Assembly: GCA_963677595.1 (NCBI GenBank)
Contig: OY782041.1
Span: 3,360,001 to 3,424,000 of the forward strand
Origin: Spirochaetia bacterium
GTDB lineage: Bacteria; Spirochaetota; Spirochaetia; CAKZLE01
DNA length: 64,000 nt
Direction of reading: 5' to 3'
The first letter of the stretch is position 1. Each line of letters begins with the position of its first letter. The notes beneath the pieces are model-generated. The model ran no database searches. It was given only the letters and a program-made list of their open reading frames with translations, and was not told the origin of the DNA. This document shows positions 19,113 through 29,266 of the stretch, piece after piece. Position numbers and translations under genes: made by a program.

Positions 19113-20300
19113 ATGAACCATCAGTTTGCGAGCAGAATGTCGAGGATGAGGAGTTCGGACATCAGGGAGATCCTCAAGCTCACCCGCCAGCCTGATATGA
19201 TCTCCTTTGCCGGTGGCCTCCCGGCCCCGGAGCATTTCCCCGTGGCAGAGATCCTCACAGCCAACCGGCTGGTCCTCGAAGAGGAGGGGATGAAGGCCCT
19301 CCAGTACTCCCCGACCGAGGGCTATCCCCCGCTCCGGGAGTGGATAGCTTCGCGGATGAACACCCATCTCGGGACCTCCTATACCCCTGACGAGGTGCTG
19401 GTCACCCATGGTGCACAGCAGGCCCTTGACCTGACCGGCATGGTCTTCCTCGACCCCGATGATATCGTGGTGTGCGAGTCCCCGACCTACCTGGCGGCGA
19501 TCAGCGCCTTCAAGGCGTATGAGTGCCGGTTTGCCGAGGTCGCCACCGATGAGGAGGGTATGGACCCGGAGGACCTCGAGCGGATCCTCTCCCGATACTC
19601 CCCCGTGAAGCTCATCTATACCGTACCGGACTTCCAGAACCCCACGGGGAGAACCCTGGCCCTGGGGCGGCGGAAGCGGATCGCAGCTCTTGCCGCCTCA
19701 TATGGCGTCATGGTCATCGAGGACAACCCCTACGGGGAACTGCGGTTCGAGGGTCAATCCCTGCCGTCGATCTCATCCTTCTCCCCCTCGGGGATGGTCA
19801 TTGACATCGGGACCTTCTCCAAGATCTTCTGTCCCGGCTACCGGATCGGGTGGGTCGCAGGGGAGGCCGACCTCATCGGGAAGTATGTCCAGGTGAAGCA
19901 GGGAGTGGACCTGCAGTGCAGCACCTTCACCCAGATGGTGATCTCCAAGTACCTGGAGCTCAATGACATCGACTCCCATATCGCGCAGATCGTGGAGACC
20001 TACCGCGAGAGACGGGATACCGCCCTGGCGACCATGGAGCGGGTGTTCCCCCCTTCGGTCACCTACAGCCGCCCGGCAGGCGGGCTCTTCATCTGGGTGG
20101 AGCTGCCGCCCCAGGTTCATGCCCGGGAGCTCCTCTCACGCTGCATCGAGCGCAGGGTTGCCTTCGTGCCCGGCGGTGCGTTCTTCACCACTGAGGGCCA
20201 TGAGCATACCTTGAGGATCAACTTCTCGTTCATGGATCGTGCACGGATCATACAGGGGTTGACGGTACTAGGTGAGGAGATCAGGAAGCTGCTATCGTGA
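19113..20300 (+). CDS. PLP-dependent class I aminotransferase (LysN/ARO8-like)
   Basis: ISFAGGLP, ALQYSPTEG, PDFQNPTG, EDNPY, GTFSKIFCPGYRIGW. Confidence 0.92.
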   Translation: MNHQFASRMSRMRSSDIREILKLTRQPDMISFAGGLPAPEHFPVAEILTANRLVLEEEGMKALQYSPTEGYPPLREWIASRMNTHLGTSYTPDEVLVTHGAQQALDLTGMVFLDPDDIVVCESPTYLAAISAFKAYECRFAEVATDEEGMDPEDLERILSRYSPVKLIYTVPDFQNPTGRTLALGRRKRIAALAASYGVMVIEDNPYGELRFEGQSLPSISSFSPSGMVIDIGTFSKIFCPGYRIGWVAGEADLIGKYVQVKQGVDLQCSTFTQMVISKYLELNDIDSHIAQIVETYRERRDTALATMERVFPPSVTYSRPAGGLFIWVELPPQVHARELLSRCIERRVAFVPGGAFFTTEGHEHTLRINFSFMDRARIIQGLTVLGEEIRKLLS

Positions 20301-21230
20301 GATCAGTTCAGATGCCGCGAGCTCATCGGTGATCAGGGTAGTGAGGTGTCCCCCCCTCAGGGAGGCCTGGATGGCATCAGCCTTGTGGCAGCCGCAGGCG
20401 ACACCGACCCTGACCGGGATGCGGAGGAAGTCATCGAAGGCGATCCCGATGATCCGCTCGTTGATGGGGATATCCATGCAGCGGCCGTCCCGGTCATAGC
20501 TGTACCCGCAGATATGTCCCACGCCGCCGGCAGCCTGCAGGCGGGCAGCTTCATCGTAGGAGAGAAAACCCGATCGTACGAGGGCACTGTTCTCGGGGTC
20601 GATCGAGCTCAAGCCGACGAACGCCACCTCGAGACTGCTCATCATCCTCAGAGTCTTCTCGATGCTCGGTTCCTTCATGAGCATCTCCTTGACCACGATG
20701 TTCTTGACGATGACCGGGCTCTGGATGGGGTAGTAGTCGGCATGGATCGTCTTTGAGAGGTCCCGAGCCAGCTCGGACCCGTCGTAATGGGGGTTCTCAG
20801 CCCCGAAGCCGCCCATGAGCTGGATGACATTGGCACCGGAGAGCTGGGCAGGCTGGATCTGGTGGACCATCTGGTAGAGGGTCGTCCCCCAGGCGATGCC
20901 GATCTGGATGCCGTCATGCAGCATCGAGGAGGTCAGGTCTGCCGCGGCAGCACCGATCCTGCTGAGCAGGGAAGTCTCATCATCCTCGGACGGGATGACG
21001 ATCGCCTCACGAAGGCCGTACTTCCGCTTGAGCTGTTCTCCGAGGGCTGTGGTCAGGGGAGACCCGTCCTTGATCCTGATCTCGACGATCCCCATCTCGC
21101 GGCACTTCTTGAGGATGTTAGAGACCGTCGGCCTGGACAGTTCGAACTCCTTGGCTATCTGCTGCTGTGAGATCTCATCGATATAATACCGTCTCGCGAT
21201 CTGGATATACTGATCCCGTCTCCTGTTCAA
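20292..21230 (-). CDS. SorC/DeoR (LsrR/CggR-like) sugar-binding transcriptional regulator
   Basis: IARRYY...QQQIA...SRPTVS HTH; IAWGTT, QLMGG, LITDE; TTG start with SD GGAGGAG. Confidence 0.92.
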   Translation of the reverse strand: MNRRRDQYIQIARRYYIDEISQQQIAKEFELSRPTVSNILKKCREMGIVEIRIKDGSPLTTALGEQLKRKYGLREAIVIPSEDDETSLLSRIGAAAADLTSSMLHDGIQIGIAWGTTLYQMVHQIQPAQLSGANVIQLMGGFGAENPHYDGSELARDLSKTIHADYYPIQSPVIVKNIVVKEMLMKEPSIEKTLRMMSSLEVAFVGLSSIDPENSALVRSGFLSYDEAARLQAAGGVGHICGYSYDRDGRCMDIPINERIIGIAFDDFLRIPVRVGVACGCHKADAIQASLRGGHLTTLITDELAASELISR

Positions 21231-21283
21231 CCCTGCTCCTCCGCTTCCCTATGATAGTATCCTGTTTGGCCGTCCTGTATCAA

Positions 21284-21320
21284 GAGAGACCCGGGACCGA
21301 AATCGATGCCGGGACCTCTC
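21284..21320 (-). terminator. Imperfect stem-loop downstream of lpdA
   Basis: GAGAG-ACCCGG...CCGGGA-CCTCTC arms immediately after lpdA stop. Confidence 0.4.
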
Positions 21321-21322
21321 TG

Positions 21323-22732
21323 TTAGGGACGGGGAGGGAGATGGAGGCAGGCTTTCAGGCAGTCTGCTGCTGCCTCCATGAAGGCTTCCCCGACCGTGGG
21401 GTGCCCGTGGATGATGGAGGCGACCTCAAAGACGGTGATCTCCATGGCCATCAGGGCAGCAGCCTCATTGATGATCTCCGATGCGTTATGGCCGACGATA
21501 TGGACACCGAGGATCCTGCCGTACCTCTTCTCAGCGATGACCTTCACGAATCCTTCAGGTGACCCTGCGGCAAGGGCCCTGCCGTTTGCCGCGAGGGGGA
21601 ATCTGCCGATGGTAATGTCATATTGGGAGGCAGCTTCTTCCTCGGTGAGGCCGACGCAGCCGACTTCCGGCATGGAATAGACCGCTGACGGTACGTACCT
21701 GAGGTCCGCGGACTCTTTACGGGCGGTCAGGACACCGGCATGGATGCATGCGTTCACTGCCGCCGTCTCTCCCATCTTGAAGGCCGCATGGGCGAGCATC
21801 TTCTTCCCGTTCAAGTCGCCGACCGCATATACCCCGGGGATGTTCGTCTCACCGAACTCGTTGGCGAAGACCTTGTTCCGTTCGATCTGAAGCCCTTCGA
21901 TATCACCGGTGCAGGAGAGGTCGGAGGTCCGCCCGATGGAGAGGAGGGCAAGGTCGGCGGAGACCTGCTTCCCGTCCGACAGGTTAAGGTCAAGAGTTGC
22001 ATCGTGCTCGACGATCTTCTCGAGCTTCACCCCGGTATTGACGGAGATTCCCATCCCCTTGAGCTTCTTCGCGAGGGTGGAGGAGACTTCCTCGTCCATG
22101 AAGGGGAGGACCCGTTCCTCGAGCTCGATGATCGAGACTTTAGAGCCGAAGGCATTGAAGATGATCCCCATCTCGATCCCGATGACCCCGCCGCCTATGA
22201 CGGCGAGCCGGTCGGGGATAGTCTGGAGGTCGAGGATCTCGTCGCTGGTGAGCACCAGGGAGGACTCTACACCGGGGATCGGGATCTTGACCGCCTTGGA
22301 GCCGCCGGCGAGGATGACCGCCTTCGTCTTTACCGTCTCCTTGCCGTCGATCTCCACCTCGGTCGGACTGAGCAGCCTTCCCGTACCGTTCACGATCTCG
22401 ACACCATTGCCCGTCAGGAGGCTTCGTACCCCTGCTGTGAGCTTCTTCACGACCAGGTTCTTGTCCTTCACCGATTTCGCCATGTCGATCGAGGCCGTCG
22501 GGTCGGCGAGGGTGATGCCCCGACGCTTGAGCTGGCTGAGTTCGAGGAGCAGCTCCGCGCTCTTGAGGTAGTACTTGGTGGGGATGCAGCCCCGGTTGAG
22601 GCAGGTGCCGCCAACAGTATCCTTCTCGATGATCATGACCGAGGCTCCGCAGCGTGCGGCCTTGATCGCTGCCACATAGCCTGCGGGTCCCCCGCCGATG
22701 ACGATCACGTCCTTCTTCTTCGTTTCTGCCAT
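21323..22732 (-). CDS. lpdA: Dihydrolipoyl dehydrogenase (E3)
   Basis: GGGPAGY, GGTCLNRGCIPTK, GGGVIG, HGHPTVGE. Confidence 0.95.
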   Translation of the reverse strand: MAETKKKDVIVIGGGPAGYVAAIKAARCGASVMIIEKDTVGGTCLNRGCIPTKYYLKSAELLLELSQLKRRGITLADPTASIDMAKSVKDKNLVVKKLTAGVRSLLTGNGVEIVNGTGRLLSPTEVEIDGKETVKTKAVILAGGSKAVKIPIPGVESSLVLTSDEILDLQTIPDRLAVIGGGVIGIEMGIIFNAFGSKVSIIELEERVLPFMDEEVSSTLAKKLKGMGISVNTGVKLEKIVEHDATLDLNLSDGKQVSADLALLSIGRTSDLSCTGDIEGLQIERNKVFANEFGETNIPGVYAVGDLNGKKMLAHAAFKMGETAAVNACIHAGVLTARKESADLRYVPSAVYSMPEVGCVGLTEEEAASQYDITIGRFPLAANGRALAAGSPEGFVKVIAEKRYGRILGVHIVGHNASEIINEAAALMAMEITVFEVASIIHGHPTVGEAFMEAAADCLKACLHLPPRP

Positions 22733-22744
22733 GGTGGTACCCCC

Positions 22745-24043
22745 TTAGATGAGCATCGTCAGGGGAGCTTCGAGGAAGTCCCTGACAGACTTCAGGAAGA
22801 GCGAGGACTCCGCACCGTCCACGATGCGGTGGTCGTAGGTAAGGCTCAGCCCCATGACCTGCCGTTCGACGAGCTGTCCGTCAACGATCTTCGGTACCCC
22901 TTCGATGGCGCAGACACCAAGGATCCCCGCCTCAGGCGGGTTGATGATCGGGGAGAAGGAGCTCACGCCGTACATCCCGATGTTCGATATAGAGAAGGTC
23001 GCCCCGCTCAGGTCGTCGGGCCTGAGCTTCCCCTCGCGGCCTGCAGCGGCAAGTTCCCTTGCCTTCGCCGAGAGGCTTGAGAGGCATCGCCTGTCTGCCT
23101 GGGTGATGACCGGGACCACGAGGCCCTTCGGGGTGGCTACCGCCATGCCGAGGTTGATCGATCCCTTGTAGATGAGGTTCTCCCCGTCCAGGGTGGAGTT
23201 CATCCTCGGGTGGAGCTTGAGCGCCTTGGCTACGGCGAGGAGGACGAAGTCATTGATGGTCAGCTTCTGCTCGATCGACGCGTTGACCTGAGTACGTATC
23301 TTCAGCAGTTCCGTGACGTCAGCCTTCATGTTGGAGGTGACCGTCGGTATCTGCTGTGCGCTCATGAGCAGCCGCTTCCCGGTGATCTTCTGGATCGTGG
23401 TCAGCGGGACTACCCGGTCTTCGGCTGCACTCGCTTGGAGTTCTTCCTCGCTCAGGGCATAGGTGAGGTCATCAGAGAAGACTTTGCCGCCGTGACCGCT
23501 TCCCTTGACTGTGGAGAGGTCCACGCCCTGGGCTGCTGCCATCCGTGCGGCGAGGGGGGTGGCCTTCACTTCAGGGATTGCGAGTACATCACGCTCCCTA
23601 ATCTCCCCGTATCTGCCGGACGGGGTGACCCCTTCGAGTGAGATCTGCTTCTCGCCTGCGACTCTGCGTGCAGCAGGGGTCGCCTTCAGCCCATTGCCGG
23701 GGGCTGCTGGTGCCGTTTCTGCTGCGGGGGTTACCGCTTCCGCAGGTGCCGCCGTATCTTCTTGCATCGTTTGCTGTACAGCTTCAGGTTCGGGGACCGT
23801 CTCGCCCTCCTTGCCGATCCAGGCGATCGGTACGGTGACGGGGACGGTCGCCCCAGCTTCGTAGACGAGTTTCAGGAGGATGCCTTCGGCATCCGACTCG
23901 AGTTCCATGGTGGACTTGTCGGTCTCGATCTCGGCGAGGATGTCTCCCTTCTCGATCGTATCCCCGACAGCCTTCAGCCACTCGATGATGACGCCTTCTT
24001 CCATAGCCATGCCGGTCTTCGGCATGATGATAGGTTCTGCCAT
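22745..24043 (-). CDS. Dihydrolipoamide acyltransferase (E2), one lipoyl and two subunit-binding domains
   Basis: ETDKS lipoyl lysine; ATPAARR and ATPLAAR domains; DHRIVDG. Confidence 0.93.
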   Translation of the reverse strand: MAEPIIMPKTGMAMEEGVIIEWLKAVGDTIEKGDILAEIETDKSTMELESDAEGILLKLVYEAGATVPVTVPIAWIGKEGETVPEPEAVQQTMQEDTAAPAEAVTPAAETAPAAPGNGLKATPAARRVAGEKQISLEGVTPSGRYGEIRERDVLAIPEVKATPLAARMAAAQGVDLSTVKGSGHGGKVFSDDLTYALSEEELQASAAEDRVVPLTTIQKITGKRLLMSAQQIPTVTSNMKADVTELLKIRTQVNASIEQKLTINDFVLLAVAKALKLHPRMNSTLDGENLIYKGSINLGMAVATPKGLVVPVITQADRRCLSSLSAKARELAAAGREGKLRPDDLSGATFSISNIGMYGVSSFSPIINPPEAGILGVCAIEGVPKIVDGQLVERQVMGLSLTYDHRIVDGAESSLFLKSVRDFLEAPLTMLI

Positions 24044-24053
24044 GATGATCCTC

Positions 24054-25037
24054 CTATAACAGCGCTCGGAGTGCTGCTGTGATCTTATCCTCTGTGGGAA
24101 CTACCTGGGCCTCGAGTTGCGGGTTGTAGGGGATCGGCACATCAAGCCCGCCGAGCCGCTTCACCGGTGCGTCAAGGTAGAAGAAGGCATCGCTGTCGAC
24201 GATGGTGCTCACGAGCTCGCCGCCGTAGCCGCCGGTCTGGCAGGCTTCATGGACAACGAGCACCTTGCCGGTCTTCTTCGCAGATTCGATGAGGCACTCC
24301 TTGTCGAGCGGGACGAGGGTCCTGATGTCGATGACCTCGACCTCGACTCCCTCCCCGGAGAACTTCTCTGCCACGTCAAGACACCGCTGGACCATTCGCC
24401 CGTAGGTGATGATCGTCACATCGGTCCCTTCCCGCTTGATATCGGCCTTGCCGAGTTCGATGATGTAGTCATCCTCCACCTCGGGGACCTCTCCCTTCGT
24501 CCGGTAGAGCAGCTTCTGCTCGATGAAGACGACGGGGTTGTTGTCCCGCATGGACGCCTTGAGCAGGCCCTTCGCATCGTAGGGGGTCGATGGGATCACG
24601 ACCTTCAGCCCCGGTACATGGCAGACCCAGGCTTCGAGGGACTGGCTGTGCTGCTCTGCAGCCCCGGTGCCTGACCCGCCCGGGGTCCTCAGGACCATCG
24701 GGACAGCCCCCTGCCCGCCGAACTGGAACCGGTTCTTAGCAGCCTGGTTGACCAGCTGTTCCATGGCGAGGGTGATGAAGTCGCTGAACATGAGCTCCAC
24801 GATCGGCCTGAGCCCGGTCATCGCTGCACCGGCTGCGCAGCCGGTGATCACCAGCTCCGAGATCGGGGTGTCCATGACGCGGGCCTCACCGAACTCCTCG
24901 AACATACCGCGGGAAACGCCGAAGGCCCCGCCGTAGATGCCGACATCCTCTCCCATGAGGAAGACGTTCTCGTCCTTCCTCATCTCCTCGCTCATCGCCT
25001 CGTTGATGGCCTGTGCATATGTGATAGTTCTCATCAT
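24054..25037 (-). CDS. TPP-dependent dehydrogenase E1 beta (acetoin/pyruvate dehydrogenase type)
   Basis: [30 protein letters not shown]. Confidence 0.92.
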   Translation of the reverse strand: MMRTITYAQAINEAMSEEMRKDENVFLMGEDVGIYGGAFGVSRGMFEEFGEARVMDTPISELVITGCAAGAAMTGLRPIVELMFSDFITLAMEQLVNQAAKNRFQFGGQGAVPMVLRTPGGSGTGAAEQHSQSLEAWVCHVPGLKVVIPSTPYDAKGLLKASMRDNNPVVFIEQKLLYRTKGEVPEVEDDYIIELGKADIKREGTDVTIITYGRMVQRCLDVAEKFSGEGVEVEVIDIRTLVPLDKECLIESAKKTGKVLVVHEACQTGGYGGELVSTIVDSDAFFYLDAPVKRLGGLDVPIPYNPQLEAQVVPTEDKITAALRALL

Positions 25038-25043
25038 TCTCTC

Positions 25044-26003
25044 CTAGTCTGCATACACATCGTCAAAGATGTTCTCGATCTTCGGTTCCGGGCTGCCCTC
25101 GGCGAACGCGACAGCGTCCTCGATATCCTGTTTCGACTGTATGTTGATAGCCTCGACCTCCTGCTCACTGAGGATGCCGCTATCGATCAGGTACTCCCGG
25201 TGACGCTTGATGGGGCATTTCTCCTTCCATGCGTTTACCTCTTCCTTCGTGCGGTAGAGCTGGGCGTCACTCTTCGAGTGGCCCATCCAGCGGTAGGTAT
25301 TGAGCACCATGAGCATCGGGCCGTTCTCGAGTATGTATTCCTTGGCCTTCAACGTCTCCTCATAGATGGTGACGACGTCGTTTCCATCGAGTGCGAGCCC
25401 CTTCATGCCGTAGCTGTCGGCCCGTACCGAGATATCGGTGATGTTCATCGACTTCTCGACCGAAGTGGACATCCCGTAGAGGTTGTTGGTGCAGACGAAG
25501 AGTACCGGCAGCTTCCAGACGGAGGCGAGGTTGAGCGACTCGTGGAACGCTCCCTCATTGGTAGCCCCGTCCCCGAAGAAGCAGACGGTGATGTTCTTCT
25601 GCCCCTTGTACTTCTGGCTCAGTGCGGCCCCGGTCGCGATGGGGATACCGCCGCCGACGATACCGTTCGCCCCGAGGGAGCCCACCGAGAAGTCAGCGAT
25701 ATGCATGCAGCCGCCTTTTCCCTTGCAGTAACCGGTCTCTTTGCCGAGGAACTCGGCCATCATCCGGTTGATGTCCATCCCCTTGCCGATGCCTTGGTTG
25801 TGGCCCCGGTGGGTCTGGAGGATGTAGTCTTCCTTCTCGAGTGCAGAGCAGACCCCGATGCCGGTAGCCTCTTCCCCGATGCAGAAGTGGGCGGTCCCGT
25901 GGACCTTCCCCTGTATGAACAGCTTCGCAGCCTTCTCCTCGAACTCTCTCGTCTGTACCATCTTTCGGTAGAGTTCCTCATGCGTCTTCTTTGAAAGTGC
26001 CAT
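25044..26003 (-). CDS. TPP-dependent dehydrogenase E1 alpha (AcoA-like)
   Basis: HFCIGEEA, THRGH, GKGGCMH, GDGATNEG...NN TPP motif, YRWMGHS; SD AAGGAG. Confidence 0.92.
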   Translation of the reverse strand: MALSKKTHEELYRKMVQTREFEEKAAKLFIQGKVHGTAHFCIGEEATGIGVCSALEKEDYILQTHRGHNQGIGKGMDINRMMAEFLGKETGYCKGKGGCMHIADFSVGSLGANGIVGGGIPIATGAALSQKYKGQKNITVCFFGDGATNEGAFHESLNLASVWKLPVLFVCTNNLYGMSTSVEKSMNITDISVRADSYGMKGLALDGNDVVTIYEETLKAKEYILENGPMLMVLNTYRWMGHSKSDAQLYRTKEEVNAWKEKCPIKRHREYLIDSGILSEQEVEAINIQSKQDIEDAVAFAEGSPEPKIENIFDDVYAD

Positions 26004-26060
26004 TGCCAGCTCCTTTATATTCGATCCCTTACCAGGAACAGTTCTCTCTATCGTGTTTGT

Positions 26061-26124
26061 ACTATAGGACAGAATCATGTATTTGTCAATTGTAAAAATA
26101 TGAAATAAAACTTTACAAATGTAA
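26061..26124 (-). promoter_or_regulatory. Sigma70 promoter of E1/E2/E3 operon with palindromic operator candidates
   Basis: Minus-strand TTGACA-N17-TATAGT; TTACA-AA-TGTAA at 26113-26124 and related TGTCA-AT-TGTAA at 26084-26095 over the -35. Confidence 0.7.
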
Positions 26125-26212
26125 TATTCACAAAGAGTGTATGGTTTGGGTACAGCAGGGGGAGGGAACGCCCAGCCGGGCCTCATAATCGACCCATCTC
26201 GACCCCCATAGC

Positions 26213-26246
26213 TTGACAACCGTATACCCCGGATTTACCATGAAGT
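26213..26246 (+). promoter_or_regulatory. Sigma70 promoter, probably leaderless, for nfeD operon
   Basis: TTGACA-N17-TACCAT, then ATG 5 nt downstream, no SD. Confidence 0.6.
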
Positions 26247-27731
26247 ATGAAGAGTTCAGCGATCCTGAAGGCAGCTCTCGTATTGGTGCTGCTCATGGTC
26301 CCTGGTGCTGTCCTCTCTGCTCAGTCATCCGATTCTGTGTATGTCATACCAGTCACAGGAGAGATCGACCAGGGCCTTACCGTCTTCCTCCGACGCGGGA
26401 TAGAGAAGGCGAGAAACGATGATGCGACCCACATCATCTTCGATATCGACACCTTCGGGGGGAGGGTAGACTCCGCCCTCCAGATCACTACCCTCATCGG
26501 ATCCCTCCAGGACATCACGACGGTCGCCTATGTGGGCCTCAAGCCGGAGGGCAGTGCCGTCAGCTGGTCGGCCGGCGCCCTGATCGCCTTCTCGGCAGAC
26601 CGGATCTACATGGCCCCGGGGACCTCCATGGGGTCCGCCGAACCGGTCATGCAGACAGCCGAGGGCACCATGGAATCGGCTGGTGAGAAGACCGTGAGTG
26701 CGATCCGGGCCCAGATGGCCTCCCTTGCCGAGAAGAACGGCTACCCGTCAGCGGTCGCCCTTGCCATGGTTGACCGGGACCTCGAGATCCTCGAGGTCTT
26801 CATCGACGGGAAGATGGAGGTCATGACCCGCAATGAGTATGAGACGCTGCTGCGCACCTCGGGCGAGGATGCAGCGATCGTGGAGGGGAAGGTCATCTCT
26901 GCAGAGGGGAAACTGCTCTCCCTGACAGCAGAACAGCTCTCCGCCTACGGTGTCTCCTCGGGCACCCTCTCGTCTACCGACGCGGTCATCGAGTCCGAGG
27001 GCATCGGCTCGCACCGTCTCGTGGAGCTCTCCCCGTCAGCGGCTGACCTTGCCGTCAGGCTGCTCACCGGTACGGTGGTCACCAGCGTGCTGATCCTCAT
27101 CGGGATCATCGCACTCTTCATGGAGATCACGAGCCCCGGCTTCGGGGTCCCGGGAGCCGTCGCACTCGTCGCGTTCTCAGCGCTCTTCGCCGGGAACATG
27201 CTGCTCGGGACCGTCGGGTCCGTGGAGCTCCTCTTCTTCGTCATCGGGATCGCACTGCTCATCATCGAGATCTTCGCCATCCCCGGGTTCGGCGTGGTCG
27301 GGATCTCAGGCATCGTCATGATGGGCCTCGGGCTCGTCCTCTCGATGCAGGACTTCGTCGTTCCCGAACTCCCCTGGCAGTGGGACCTCCTCGGCAGGAA
27401 CATCCTGCTCGTAGCGGGGAACCTCATCGCCGGGTTCATCGTCTTCGGCATCCTTGCCTTCCTCATCCCCAAGTATACCCCCTTCAAGCGGCTGACGCTC
27501 TCCCTCAACCAGGATGCCGAAAAGGGGTTCACCTCCCAGGAGGCGAGTGTGGAAGACGAACTGCTCGGGCAGGAAGGGATTGCCGTGACCGTCCTCCGGC
27601 CGTCAGGCAAGGCCGAGATTGCGGGAAAGATCCTGCAGGTCATGACCTCCGGTGAGTTCATCGGGAAGGGGACACCGATCGTCGTGTCGGAAGTGAACGG
27701 GAACAGGATCGTCGTAAGGGAACGAACATAA
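26247..27731 (+). CDS. nfeD: Long NfeD (ClpP-like protease domain + TM + OB fold), YqeZ-like
   Basis: Signal peptide; [18 protein letters not shown]; [11 protein letters not shown]; LRPSGKA, GNRIVV. Confidence 0.9.
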   Translation: MKSSAILKAALVLVLLMVPGAVLSAQSSDSVYVIPVTGEIDQGLTVFLRRGIEKARNDDATHIIFDIDTFGGRVDSALQITTLIGSLQDITTVAYVGLKPEGSAVSWSAGALIAFSADRIYMAPGTSMGSAEPVMQTAEGTMESAGEKTVSAIRAQMASLAEKNGYPSAVALAMVDRDLEILEVFIDGKMEVMTRNEYETLLRTSGEDAAIVEGKVISAEGKLLSLTAEQLSAYGVSSGTLSSTDAVIESEGIGSHRLVELSPSAADLAVRLLTGTVVTSVLILIGIIALFMEITSPGFGVPGAVALVAFSALFAGNMLLGTVGSVELLFFVIGIALLIIEIFAIPGFGVVGISGIVMMGLGLVLSMQDFVVPELPWQWDLLGRNILLVAGNLIAGFIVFGILAFLIPKYTPFKRLTLSLNQDAEKGFTSQEASVEDELLGQEGIAVTVLRPSGKAEIAGKILQVMTSGEFIGKGTPIVVSEVNGNRIVVRERT

Positions 27732-27750
27732 CGGAAGGAGGCGCAGCCCT

Positions 27751-28752
27751 ATGCTGTATATCGTACTGTATGTCGCGATCGGAATCGTCGCACTCGCGAT
27801 ACTCTTTATCTTTATCAAGTTCTTCGGGCTCTGGTTCAGGGCACTGCTCTCAGGTGCCCCGGTAGCGATCTCGAAGGTCATCGGGATGTGGCTCAGGAGG
27901 GTGAACCCGAATGTCATCGTCAATGCGAGGATCATGCTCGTGAAGGCGGGGCTTCCCATCGACACAGACCTGCTCGAGACTCACTACCTGGCGAAGGGCG
28001 ACGTGCTCAAGGTGAGCCTTGCCCTGGTAGCCGCGAACAAGGCGAACATACCGCTGACCTTCCAGAAGGCGGCTGCGATCGACCTGGCAGGGCGCGATGT
28101 CCTGGAAGCCGTGAAGACGAGCGTCAACCCGAAGGTCATCGACTGCCCAGACGTCACGAAGGGCAAGCAGTCCATCGAGGCTGTTGCCAAGGACGGGATA
28201 CAGCTGAAGGTCAGGGTGAGGATCACCGTACGGGCCAACATCGAACGGCTCGTCGGCGGTGCCACCGAGGAGACGATCATCGCCCGTGTCGGGGAGGGGA
28301 TCGTCACCACGATCGGCTCCTCGAAGGACTACAAGGCGGTCCTCGAGAACCCGGACAACATCTCCAAGCTGGTCCTCGAGAAGGGACTCGATGCCGGGAC
28401 GGCCTTCGAGATCCTCTCCATCGATATCGCGGACATCGACGTGGGAAACAACGTCGGCGCGAAGCTGCAGGCCGACCAGGCTGAAGCGGACAAGCGGCGG
28501 TTCCAGGCCGAGGCCGAGAAGCGAAGGGCCCTCGCGAAGGCCCGCGAGCAGGAGATGCTCGCCCAGGTCCAGGAGAATCGGGCCAAGGTCGTCCTCGCCG
28601 AGGCGGAGGTTCCCAAGGCCATGGCCGAGGCCTTCAGGAAGGGCAACCTCGGGATCATGGACTATTACCGGATGAACAACATCAAGGCTGACACAGCCAT
28701 GCGTGAGAGTATCAGTAAGGAAGGGAAGGAAGAACCCGACAAGCCGATCTGA
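27751..28752 (+). CDS. floA: Flotillin-like protein FloA (YqfA)
   Basis: [43 protein letters not shown]...IKADT.MR. Confidence 0.93.
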   Translation: MLYIVLYVAIGIVALAILFIFIKFFGLWFRALLSGAPVAISKVIGMWLRRVNPNVIVNARIMLVKAGLPIDTDLLETHYLAKGDVLKVSLALVAANKANIPLTFQKAAAIDLAGRDVLEAVKTSVNPKVIDCPDVTKGKQSIEAVAKDGIQLKVRVRITVRANIERLVGGATEETIIARVGEGIVTTIGSSKDYKAVLENPDNISKLVLEKGLDAGTAFEILSIDIADIDVGNNVGAKLQADQAEADKRRFQAEAEKRRALAKAREQEMLAQVQENRAKVVLAEAEVPKAMAEAFRKGNLGIMDYYRMNNIKADTAMRESISKEGKEEPDKPI

Positions 28753-28762
28753 GGGGTAGGGA

Positions 28763-29185
28763 ATGGACAGGATAGCTGAGATCTTATCGTCGATCTTCTC
28801 GCTGGTCATGGTGGTCGTTCCGCTCTACATCATCATGCTCGTCCGCAGGAGGGGTGTGAAGGGGAGGAAGGAAGCTCCCCGCAGCAGCCCGACTCCCCCA
28901 GGGAAGCGACGGCGTACCCGAGAGCCGGCCCTGCCTTCAGAAGAGTACCCCACACCCCTCTCATTCACTCCCAGGCCTAAGGTCCCTGAACCGGGACCTC
29001 CGCCGCAGGCTGCGACCCGCCGCTTCGGGCAGCCGCCCCCGGCAGAGAAGCCGGTCCCGGTACCTCTACCCCAGCGGGTGAGGGAACATCCGCTGCTGCG
29101 GATCGAGTCCTACCCGGTCGGCAAGCGTGCGGTCATCCTCTCCGAGATCATCGGGAGGCCGAAAGCGCTGCGAAGAGATGAATGA
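28763..29185 (+). CDS. YqfB-like protein (N-terminal TM, proline-rich linker)
   Basis: C-terminal RAVILSEIIGRPKA motif; third gene after nfeD-floA. Confidence 0.7.
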   Translation: MDRIAEILSSIFSLVMVVVPLYIIMLVRRRGVKGRKEAPRSSPTPPGKRRRTREPALPSEEYPTPLSFTPRPKVPEPGPPPQAATRRFGQPPPAEKPVPVPLPQRVREHPLLRIESYPVGKRAVILSEIIGRPKALRRDE

Positions 29186-29266
29186 ATCGCTCTTCTGTTT
29201 ATCAAATTCGATCAGATAGTGTATACTGTGTGTCACAGGAATGCGTGATACACAGGAGTGAAACCC

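Noticed and set aside
21740-23080. Long antisense or alternate-frame ORFs (also 5808-6746, 6743-7594, 25200-25994, 27850-28809, 29431-30381, 43011-43946, 61970-62989)
   Set aside because: They shadow well-supported genes, have no recognisable motifs, and are expected from high third-position GC
8815-26003. ptb-buk, aminotransferase and E1/E2/E3 as one bkd-type branched-chain operon
   Set aside because: Separated by about 8-10 kb of unrelated genes with separate promoters; E1 alpha looks AcoA/PdhA-like
25044-26219. N-terminal extensions in the ORF track (E1 alpha, buk, ogt, ATPase, GH43, hicB, higA and others)
   Set aside because: Downstream ATGs with SD motifs coincide with where family similarity begins; the extensions run through promoters or neighbouring genes
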